Assembly (NCBI GenBank): GCA_965202585.1
Contig: OZ241833.1
Coordinates: 44,392,001 to 44,456,000 of the forward strand
Direction of reading: 5' to 3'
Source: Thalia democratica
Taxonomy: Eukaryota
DNA length: 64,000 bases
The position numbers were made by a program, and so were the translations under genes. Below are positions 1 through 11,600 of the stretch, in pieces. Position 1 is the first letter of the stretch. Each line of letters begins with the position of its first letter. The notes beneath the pieces were generated by a model. It did no database searches. It was given only the letters and a program-made list of their open reading frames with translations, and was not told where the DNA came from.

Positions 1-904
1 GTAGCCCGTTTGAAATTGTAAAAAGGTTTACTTGTTTTTTACAATTAAAAAATATACTTTTAGCCTTAATTTTTTTTTTTAGTTTCAAACACAGAGTTTG
101 ATTTCAGCACAACTAAAAATTGAACTTTTTTTTTTGTAAATCCTAAAGTAAAAACATTATACTAAGAGTTACAAAATTATTCAATATTTTTTTAAACTTT
201 TATTACTATTTAAAGATACTCCGGTCAGCAGTAGCTAATAACTTTACAATAACATGTTAATTACGTCAAAAAAAGTTTCTGTTGATGTTAAAAATAAACA
301 CAAATTCGCGATTACGCAGTTAGCTAGAATCGCGCTGGGCTTGGAACTAAATTTCGCACAAATCAAAGGGTTGCGGTTCATTAAAAAAGTATATCAACAA
401 AATTTTTAAACTAGGCCAAAAAGTGTTACTTAGTGAGAATAACTTTTGATTAAGTGTTGTTTTTGAACTAGTAAGTACCATTTTACTTAAAAAATTCCAA
501 TATAATCACTAAAGTTTTGTTTTACTTAGTTTATTGTATATAATAATGTTGTGTGAGGCTTTTGTGTTATGTTGTCGTATAACAATATTGTGTTTCTACT
601 TGAACATTTATATTATTTAATTATGTGTCAACCAACTGGGTTTAAACCTTAAAAAGTTCAATTCAGAGAGTTTTCAAAATCATTTTTAGACAACTACACC
701 ACCTTGCAATCTATTATTTTATCATAAAATGGTGTTTTAATATTTTTGTTTAAGTTCTTTTATTTTTGTATATATGTTGGCCACAAAATAGATTCATGAT
801 TTTTTGAAACTTTCAACTCAAAGAGATTTCAAAACCATTTGTAGAATCCCTGCACCATCAGGCAAACATTTATATAAAATTTAAAGGTATTTTAATTACA
901 TTTT

Positions 905-1580
905 ATAAGTCTAAACAGTTTTTTAATGAAATTTCAATTTTATAGATTAAATTACTTGAAAAAGTATATTTTTATTATAAGTAGATATATAAACGTAAAG
1001 AGTTTTAAATTTAAAAGAAAAATTTGTAAAAACTCAATTTATACTAACATTTTAATCAAAATTGAAATTCTCTTTAATTTTTATTAAAATGTTATGAACT
1101 TACAAATTGTACATCAAAATTCAAATCTGTTATTTAAAACAAAAATATTATAGACATAACTAACATACTCTATAAAAAATTAACTTTTTTATCAGAAAAC
1201 AATACTATAAAATAATAAAAACTAGAATAAATTTTTATAAAGATATTTTTTAATTTAATTGCATAAGTCTAAACATTTTTTAGTGAAATTTCAATTTTTA
1301 TAGATTAAATTACTTGAAAAAAAGAATTTACAATAAGTAGATACATAATTGTAAAGAGTTTAAAATTTAAAATAAAAATTTGTAAGAACTCCATCTATAC
1401 TAACATTTAATTCAAAATTTAAATTCTCTTTATAAAAATTTATTCTAGTTTTAATTAGTATAATACTGTTTACTGATAAAAAAGACTTTTTTTATAGAGT
1501 AAGTTAGTTATGTCTGTAATATTTTTGTTTTAGATAACAGATTTGAATTTAATATACAACTTGTAAGCTAATAACTTTTT
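905..1580. repeat. Combined direct and inverted repeat (A-B-A'-B reverse complement)
   Basis: About 905-1080 is repeated at about 1263-1430; about 1085-1240 is the reverse complement of about 1431-1580. Confidence 0.7.
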
Positions 1581-2526
1581 CCTGGTTCTTTTAGTTTCAA
1601 TTTATCTAAATTTAATACATTATAACAAATAAAAAATATAACGTTTTTCTACTACTATTTATATGTCTTTTTAAGCAGAAAAAAAAAGCATTTTAAACAC
1701 AGGGTTTTTCGGGTAAATATTGCGTACTTAAATGGCAGTGCATACCTAAGAAATGCGTACTTAAGCGGCAAATTAGAAACAAAAAAATATGTCTCTTTGA
1801 AAAAGTCTAGACAGGCCCCTGATTAAAACAACGCAAATCGAAACAAATCTATTGAGCTTGATTGTAGTTAAAAATTTACAAAACTTAAGTTTTTTCAACA
1901 CAGCGTTAAGGTTAGTATTAGTTGTTAATGACTAAAGTGCAGTATGTTGCTAGGCATTTTTGTCGCCTGCGTCTTTAAGAACCTTAAGTAGGTATACTAA
2001 GTGACTATTTGAGAAAAATTACCTTCTAAATTTCATAGATTTTTATAGTTTTCAAGATGTTAGTCTTGAAATTTTTACCATTAAAACACTGACTAAAATA
2101 TTAAATGTAAGGCTAGATTAGTATAAGAAGAGACTCAACTGTTTTTATGTAGTAACATAGCTATTAAAAAAAAAACAATATCTACAGACACGCACTTTGC
2201 CTAATAAATACATTTTTTGTTTATAAAATAGTCAGTTGCACTGAAAATCAAGTTATACAGACTTAAAGATCTGTTAATTACTTTATTTTTTGTTTCAATA
2301 ATAAATTGCATATTAATTACAATATTTTTTTAAAGGAAAATATAAACCATTGGTTTAAAAAAATGTTATAAAAATGTTTTATTATTTACCACTTTTTGAA
2401 ATATATACGAACAAACATTTCAAGCTGTCTAAAAATTTAAAATGTTTATTATAAAAACTATAAGCGTTTCAGCAGCCTTTATTGAAACTGTAAAACTTCA
2501 AACACAAAATACAATTAATACGAAAG

Positions 2527-2532
2527 TTTATT
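2527..2532 (-). terminator. Putative polyadenylation signal of the mucin-like gene
   Basis: AATAAA on the minus strand about 95 nt after the TAA stop (2628-2630). Confidence 0.55.
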
Positions 2533-2627
2533 CAAATAAATATATTTGTACGTATAGGCTCAAATAGTGCAAATGAAAAATGTAAGGAATGATTAGAAAA
2601 TGTGCAAAATAAGATTAATAAAAGTTT

Positions 2628-5600
2628 TTATTTGTTTTCAAACTCTTCAAGGGTCTCCAGTAGCTTTTCGTTCTGTAAAATAATTTAATTTGTTTAAATC
2701 TATGCATTACTCGAAATACCATTTACAAAATATTTAGTATTAACCGTAACTGTGACAAAAATAGTTGTTACAGTTAACACAAGGCTGTTTTCATATATTA
2801 AACCTTGTGAAATTTTTTTCTTAACTTATTTGAAAATCAATATAAAACTGATTTAAATTTTATTCAAACACACCTCATTTAGTAGCTTACTCTCGTCATT
2901 TTTAAGGTTTGATAAATTTTCAACAGTTTTGTCAACTACCGCCTTCATTTTACCTTCGGATTTGGTTGCTAGTTTTTCCATTGCATTCTGTATTTACGTT
3001 GTTTCATTAGATTATCTTTAGAGTAGTAATATTAGTGAGTAACACCTAACAGACATCAATATAAAATAGTTTTTTTTTAAGTAAGTTTTATATACTTTTT
3101 TTAAGTTCGATAGTTTTCATAACACAAACCTTGTTACATTGCTTGGTTTTTTGAGGAAAAAAAAGGGATATACTTATTTTTATTTAAATACCACTTTTGA
3201 GCATACATATCACAATGTTATGTTTTTAGCAATTAGTAAAGCTTAACCGATTTTTAAAGGCAGCTAGCTTTCTAATTGTCAGGTAATAAAGCTTTTTCTC
3301 GCATTTAAGTTCTTTCAACTTGTCTCACCTTAATTTTAGCAGCTTGTTTCTGCTCACCACTTATATCTCCTTCAACTTCTTCCTCGAGACTTTCCAGCAT
3401 CTCGTTTATGGAGTTCTGCAACTTCTCAGGGATCTCGTCTTCATCTGGGAGTTCCTTCAAACCAGCTTCAACGCTCTCTTTGAAGTTTTCATTTGAATCT
3501 AATTCCTGTGGTTGACAATTTAGGAATTAAATTGTTTCGTGTTTGTTGTGAAAGTTTTACCAAGCGAGAACTTTGTTTAATTTCAGTTACACCGTGTTTA
3601 AGATAAAAAAACAATTAAGTGTTTAAAAATTAAGTGTTTAAACAATTAAGTGTTTAAAAATTTGATGAAAAATACAGTTTAAGAATTTATGTGATTATAG
3701 CTAAAACAATGTATAATAAGATATTAATACAAATTATACACTTACAAATGATTCAACAAACCTGTTTAACTTTCTCATCGATGCTCTCAATCTCCTTTTC
3801 ATCTTCCAAATCACCTTCTTCAATCTCACCAATCAGATCGTTCACCCTCCTCTCGATATTGATCACCTCACTGCTTCCACCACTTGAGGAGCAGCAGAGC
3901 ACCCTCACCTCGTAGTCCTCGCACACGGGGTGGGTGGTCTGCTTGCTTCCCTCGCACAACAGACCCTGATCGGTGTCACAGCTCACCACCTGCCACTCCT
4001 TGTACTTTTCAAAGTCCTCCACGTTGCCTCCCACAGGCCTGCACTCGATGTCCACAGGGTTGGAACAGACCATGTCGCCCATGTGGGCGAAGGTCTCGTT
4101 GTCGTCCCTGTACGGTAATTTAGGAGTATCAGAGTCGATCCATGATGTCCACTCGCAAGTGATTGTGGTTGTTTCTGGCACGGTTGTGGTTGGTACTGTA
4201 GTTGCCGGTGTCGTGGTAGTTAGGTCGTGGGTTATGATTTCAGGGGTGGTAGTTGTCGGAGCTACGGTGGTTGTTGTAGCTTCTGTTGTAGTGGTGGATT
4301 TTGTAGTGGTAGTAGCTTCTGTAGTGGTTGTAGCTTCTGTCGTTGTAGTGGTTGCTTCTGTTGTAGTGGTCATATCTCCACTTCCGCTGCCAGACTCTTC
4401 TTCTTCAGTCGTGGTTGTTGGAGCCACAGTAGTTGTGGTTGCTTCGGAAATGGTTGTCACTTCTACGGTCGTGGTAGGAGCTTGCGTGGTAGTGGTGGCA
4501 ACTGTTGTTGTCGTCGCCTCTGTGGTAGTAGTCATATCTCCACTGCCGCTACCAGATTCCTCTTCAGTAGTTGTTTCAGCTACGGTAGTAGTCGTAGGAG
4601 CTGCAGTAGTAGTGGTCGCTTGAGTTGTTGTGGTCGCCACAGTAGTTGTTACGTCACCGCTACCTGACCCAGACTCTTCTTCTGTTGTTGTAGTTGCAGC
4701 CTCAGTAGTTGTCGTTGGGGCTGGTGTAGTAGTGGCAGCTATAGTAGTAGTTGTTGCCTCTGTAGTGGTAGTTGCTTCGGTTGTAGTTGTTACATCTCCA
4801 CTACCTGAACCAGACTCTTCTTCAGTGGTTGTAGTTGCTGCCTCTGTCGTGGTGGTTGCTTTGGGAGTGGTGGTAGTGTCCTCTACGGTTGTAGTTGTTG
4901 GTGCCACTGTAGTCGTAGTAGCCTCAGTTGTTGTAGTAACTACGTCTCCGCTGCCCGAACCTGACTCCTCTTCAGTTGTAGTTTCAGCCACGGTGGTGGT
5001 TGTAGGAACCACAGTTGTTGTGGTGGCTTCTGTAGTTGTGGTTGCTTGTGTAGTAGTTGTTGCCACGGGGGTCGTTGCTTCTCCGCTTCCGCTACCTGAT
5101 CCAGATTCCTCTTCCTCAGCAGTTGTAGTTTCAGCTACTGTTGTTGTAGTAGGAGCGGCGGTAGTTGTGGTTGCTTCTGTAGTGGTTGTCGTTTGAACAG
5201 TTGTAGTTGTCGGAGCTTCAGTCGTCTCTTCACCGCTACCTGAACCAGAACCGGATTCTTCCGCTTCTGTGGTCGTTGTAGGAGCAACTGTTGTAGTAGT
5301 TGCTTCTGGATTTGTAGTTGCTTCTACGGTTGTGGTCGTTGCTTGAGTAGTCGTAGTTGCTACTGGGGTAGTGACATCACCACTGCCAGAGCCGGATTCT
5401 TCTTCAGTTGTGGTAGTAGGAGCTACAGTAGTCGTAGTTTGAGCTTGAGTTGTTTCAGCTTCAGTACTAGTGGTAGCTTCTGTGGTTGTTGTTGCCACAG
5501 GAGTGGTTGCTTCTCCGCTTCCGCTACCTGAGCCAGACTCTTCTTCTTCAGTCGTAGTTTCAACTACGGTGGTTGTGGTTGGGGCTTCTGTGGTTGTCGT

Positions 5601-8600
5601 TGCTTCTGTAATAGTAGCTGTCGTTGTCGTAGGAGCTACAGTTGTTTCTTCACCGCTTCCACTACCAGACTCTTCTACCTCTGTAGTTGTAGTTTCAACT
5701 ACTGTTGTCGTTGTCGGTGCTACAGTGGTTGTAGTAGCTTCTGTTGTTGTTGCTTCACTTGTAGTTGTAGCAACTTCTCCACTACCACTTCCAGATTCTT
5801 CATCTTCAGTTGTTGTAGTTGGAGCAACAGTGGTCGTTGTTCTAACTGGGGTTGTTGTTTCTGCTTCTGTTGTGGTGGTAGCTTCTGTTGTGGTTGTAGC
5901 AACTTCTCCGCTACCAGAGCCGGATTCCTCTTCGGTGGTGGTCGTAGGGGCCTGGGTTGTTGTAGCGGCCACAGTAGTAGTTGTTGCCGCTTCTGTTGTG
6001 GTTGTTGCCTCTGTGGTAGTGGTCATATCTCCACTACCGCTTCCTGATTCTTCCTCTTCTGTAGTTGTCGTTGGTGCAACAGTCGTAGTTGTTGCTGCTT
6101 CAGTAGTAGTAGTTGATTCTGTAGTGGTAGTCATTTCACCGCTACCGCTTCCGGATTCTTCCTCAGTAGTCGGTGCTGGCGTGGTAGCCACTGTTGTGGT
6201 AACTTCCTCGGTGGTTGTTGTTACTGGAACTGTCGTAGTTGTTGTTGCCATTCCGGTTGTTGTTGTAGCTGCTTCTGTGGTGGTAACATCCCCGCTACCG
6301 CTACCAGATTCCTCCTCTTCTGTCGTGGTAGTTGGAGCTACAGTTGTCGTTGTCGGTGCTACAGTGGTTGTAGTAGCTTCTGTAGTTGTTGTTGCCTCTG
6401 TAGTTGTAGTAACTTCCCCACTTCCTGAACCAGATTCTTCTTCTTCAGTTGTAGTAGTTGGAGCTACAGTGGTCGTTGTTCTAACCGGGGTTGTTGTTTC
6501 TGCTTCTGTAGTCGTGGTAGCTTCTGTTGTGGTTGTAGCCTCTGTCGTAGTAACAACTTCTCCGCTACCCGAACCAGATTCCTCTTCCTCAGTCGTGGTT
6601 GTAGGCGCTACTGTAGTTGTGGTTTTAGCTTGGGTAGTCGTTGCTTTGACTGTGGTGGTAGTTGCCTCGGTTGTGGTAGTTGCCTCTCCGCTACCACTTC
6701 CAGATTCTTCTTCAGTTGTAGTCGTAGGTGCCTGAGCTGTTGTAGTTGCTGCAGTTGTTGTTGTTCTAACAGGAGTCGTGGTTTCAGCTTCTGTTGTGGT
6801 GGTAGCTACAGTTGTTGTCGTTGCTTCTGTAGTCGTAGTAGCTCTCGTTGTAGTTGTAACTACATCTCCGCTTCCTGAGCCAGATTCTTCTTCCTCAGTT
6901 GTCGTAGTTGGCGCCACAGTGGTTGTTGTTCTTTGAGCAGTTGTGGTTCTTACAGGAGTCGTCGTAGTAGCTACAGTTGTCGTAGTTTCGACTTTGGTTG
7001 TGGTAGTAGGAGCTTCAGTTGTCTCTTCACCGCTACCAGATCCCGACTCTTCCTCCTCTGTGGTAGTGGTTGGCGCCACAGTGGTAGTTGTTCTTACAGG
7101 AGTCGTAGTTTCTGCTTGAGTAGTTGTAGTCGTAGATGCCACAGTGGTCTCCTCTTCGCCTGAGCCCGATCCAGACATCTCTTCAGTGGTGGTTGTTGGA
7201 GCTGCAGTGGTAGTTGTCTGAACCACTGTTGTTGTGGTGGGAGCTTCGGTGGTGGTGGTGGTTTGTGGAGGCACTGTTGGAGGCTTGGGCACGTCGTCGT
7301 TGGTGCAAGTTGGTGTGCATCCGCAAGATAAGACGTCTTCGTACTCGTATAATACTTCAGTTCCGTTCCTGCACTTCAGAGATGCGTACTTGATGTCCAT
7401 GGAAGTCGGATTGCAGCAGGAACAACCTCCTTCGCCTTTAAAACAAAAAGTGTTTGAAATATCTTCCTTATATGGTTAAAAAAAGCAATAAAAAGAGTAT
7501 TTGAAAACTTTAATTACTCATATAAAGATATATGAACTTGAGTATCATAATGACATCATAAGAAAACGAATAAGTTTAAATATACAGATATTTTATAAAA
7601 AACCAAACACACTAACCTTCAAGCGGTGAGTATTTTCCCCTGCAAAAACCGTCACAGTACGAGTGAGCTACCGTGTTAGTCGAAACGCACTCATCCACGA
7701 CGAGGTACTCAAGCGTTACGTGACGCTGACACTCGAAGCACTCGTTGTACTGACACTTGAGGCAGCACCCGTCATCGCTGGTTATGACGTCACCGCCGTT
7801 CGTCACGCACGAGTCGGCATCGAACGGAGGGCACGGGTTCTTGAAGCAGGTCTCCTCGTGGAATCCTGAATCTTCCGAGTGGGAGTCTCCTGAGCAGTAA
7901 CAGGTGTGGCATGCGTCGGGGTTCCATGAAGAACCCGGCTGAAAATTGGTTGTTTATGAACCAATAATTGTTTTTATAGTATATAACAGAGTAAATTAAA
8001 GTAACGTTTGCTTAACTAAAGTTTACAATAAACGGTACTGCGGTTGTAAATAAAAGCAGCTAAAAAGGATAATATAAGATAATGTATGCCCATCAAATTG
8101 AAATATGTGTACAGAATTTATGGGCTTTTCACTTTATATTTCGAAAACAACTATATTTATGTCTATATACTTTAAAATAATTAGTACAATAGCATTACAA
8201 TAACTGCATGAATTCAGACTTGACGAAAAAAAATACAGTTGTAATCCAACTTACAGGTTTGGCCATTCCGTCGTCGCAACATACATCATCGGGGACGCAG
8301 CTCAGCACCGGGCAGCAACCCTCAACAGTTTCAACAAGCACGTGACAAGCGGGACACGTGGGAATGACGAGCGGTGGGCAGGTGTAGTTGGTGTGCACTA
8401 TGTGGGTTCCACCGGCACCAGGCTTGTTCTTGCACACGAAACCCAAGCACGTTTTCTCGTTCTCCCGACTTTCTCCTATCTGAGGTGTTACGTTTTAGTT
8501 ATAGTTAATATTTGCTAGTTATTATATTTAACAGTGTGTGAACCGCGGTACTAAAAAGTTTGAGGCAATTTTTTTATTTTCTTGTTGTACTTTTAGCTTT

Positions 8601-11600
8601 ATATGTTTAATAGTTAGATATTTTCATTTAAGTTTCAAAAATCTAAAATTTTTGAACCATTACTACTACATGAACAATAAATTAAAAATTCAATGTTTTA
8701 ATTACTTAGCCTATTTCATACTTTTATAAAACAAAATGATCAAAAACCAAGCTTGATATACTTTAAGTATTGATAGTATTTAGCATTTTTTAGAATAGAA
8801 TAAAATCTTCAAAAACCAACATCCATGCACTTGTTGTCGCCATGGTGATGCGGCACGTGACAACCGGTTGCCACGCAACTTCCGCAGCAATCCCCTTCGT
8901 TTGTGACGTAATCGTGGCAGGGCGGGCACCTGGTGTCGCACTTTGTGACGACACAGTGAACGTTCAAACACATTGTGACGTCATCGTTTGTTTCCGGTTG
9001 GCACTGGCATTCGGTGCAAACGTTTGGTTTCCACTCGTCGCCAGGCTGTTAACAACAATAAACAAAATAAATTTTTTATTATTTTATAAAATTAGTAATA
9101 AACATTTTGTTCTCTAATATCAATATTTTTTCAGTTTTCGTTAGAAGTAACTCAGTTTAAAAAATATATAATGTTTTCCTTTGTATTCTTTTTGTACTTC
9201 CGATTTACAGACAAAGTTTACAAAAGGCCTACTTTAACATATAAATAACTAAGACAAATTTGAGTAGGTAAAACCTTAACAAGTATCACAAACTGGTTCT
9301 AACAAATAATCATCAAGCATGTTTTGTGTGGTTTTCCAATAAATAATTAATTTTTAGGGATGAACAACTTTTTTGAGTAATATTTTTGTATAGTTTATTT
9401 TAACAAAAACCAACATATTTGATGGTGTTGTTGGTGTAGCAGACATTTAATGGGGTGCATGTAGTATGATGGCATCCACAATAATCAACTTCTACAGTCA
9501 TCTGCTCACACGGTGAACAACTAACTACATCCGCCTTACATTTGTTACACTCTGTTTGTAAATATTGTTAATTTATTTACAAGTATTTTTAGTATTGTTC
9601 AACTGTTAATTTTATAAAGTCAAGTTTAGTTCTACTACAGTTTCAAATAAATTATAATATCCATAGTAATTCATCCATAAAAACATTACATCAGTGTTTT
9701 TAGTTTTAAGTCAAACAGAAGCAACAAAAACTTATCAAAAAGTCTATTTGATTAACTGCGCAAAGCTTTTCAAACAAAGAAAAATAAAATAACACGCACC
9801 ACATGAGTATTCAGGGCAACAATCGGTTTCCTGAGCAACAACGTGTTCAAGTGGTCCGCATGTAGGTGGTTTGGGACACGGGTTTCTGCCCTGGTCGCAT
9901 TTACATTTGTACTCTGGTATGCACTGGTCGTCCACTTTGGCTGGTACCTTTCCGGGTCCGCACGCAGGGATTTCCACTAGCGGGCAGTCCTCTGTGCCTT
10001 TCTCCATGTCGTAGTTGCATACTGTTATTAAAAGTTATCTTTTTTTTTTTTGATAATACTATTAGAGCTAGCTATTATTAACATTTATAGTTTTACTTTG
10101 ATTTGTGGTCAGGCTAAATGATGAAAACTTTAATTCTAAAAAGTAAACATAATTTATAGACAAAAACATTAGCAGATAAAACAGTTTTATACTTAATATA
10201 ACTATTTACATAAGAATCAGAAAACTTTAGTCATTTTACGCTAAAAGCTTGAGATGTATTGTAAGAGCGATAACATTTATAGACTTACAACTTATAAGCA
10301 TAAAATCCAAAAACTTGTTCACACTAACCGCACTCGTATTCGGGACAGCAAGGTTCTGACGTCACCACCCTCATCGCGTCATAGCAACTACCGCATTGGG
10401 GAGGGTTGGGGTCGTGTCCCTTGGGGCAGGACACCTTGTTCTCAACTATTTCGTTGCCATGCGTGCAAGACGCTATGGTGCAGTTGTCCACGTACCATGA
10501 CTCCCCTATCTGTTTCGGAATAAAAATATTTGTTAAAATGAGAACTCTGAATTTTCTTTAACATTTGTATTCATAAGACTTACTGGTGCTAGCTGTTAAA
10601 TGCGAAACAGGTAGTTATGTTTAAAGTTACTAATTTGATAAGTTATTTTAAAATCTTTTTTTTTAAGCAATCATAGTTAATTATTATTCCAATTTTTTTT
10701 TTGTAATATTCTAAGGCAACTCTAAAAGTTATAAAACCATTCTTTACCTAATTAAATTTTTTTTATTATTTCATAAGTTTTTAAACACCCCATACAGCAT
10801 TGAAAGCAATCATTGTACCGGTCTTCATATAAAGTTTGTAAATATAGTATATAGAACACCGAACTTCATAAGTGTTGTTGTACGCATCAATGCATTTTAT
10901 ATAACTAATTATCACAACAATGAACCTCGTAAGTGTTGTTGTACGCATCAATGCACTTGGTGTCGCACTTCCAGCAGCATCCGTCGTCGGTGGGGACGAT
11001 CTGGCCTCCCACCTTCTTGCAACCCTCCTCGTCGAAATGGGGGCAGTACTTGTGGTCGCAGGTGAACCTGTTGAAGCCCGTGTCCTCGTCCTTGCTCCAG
11101 AGACACACGCACGTGGTGCAAGAGTCCATCGGCCAAGTTTCGTTCGGCTGTTGATTTGAAAATAATGTCATTTAATAAAAGGAAGGTGTAGTTAAGATAG
11201 CTAAATACATATATAAACTTCTTGCAATAGAAAAAATTAATATTGAAAATTTAAACTTTTATTTAGTTATATGATTACTAGTATTTAAGGTTAGTAAATA
11301 AGAAATAAACCATAAAAGTTTATATCAAGTGTAAAGCTTTTTTGAATAATAAACAAAAAATAGGTTTTTTATCTAAATTACGATTGTTTATAAGAAACGT
11401 TATTTATATATAATAGATAGTTATATTTTATTATATTCTGCTAGCCTGTTTACACAAAAACAATAGAACAACTAACCTGTTTAACAAACATGCCATCAAC
11501 GCAGCACACGTCATCGGGCACGCACTCGTACTTGGGGCAGCAACCGTCCTGCACTGTGGTCAGTTTGTAGCACGAGTCGCACTTGACGTCTTCGAGCGGT

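Noticed and set aside
1697-1825. CAGGG...CCCCTG segment with internal TGCGTACTTAA x2
   Set aside because: TIR match is too short and there is no TSD.
3249-3328. Apparently coding stretch ([19 protein letters not shown]) after the exon 3329-3505 donor
   Set aside because: Out of frame with the exon. The AAG|GTGAGA donor gives a phase-consistent join to 2874-2987, so I treat it as intron.
3973-7479. Long Val-rich plus-strand ORFs (3973-4623, 4630-5196, 5470-6735 and others) and Cys/Ser-rich ORFs
   Set aside because: Antisense and alternative-frame shadows of the ACN-rich Thr repeat, which lacks stops on the opposite strand. No independent coding signal.
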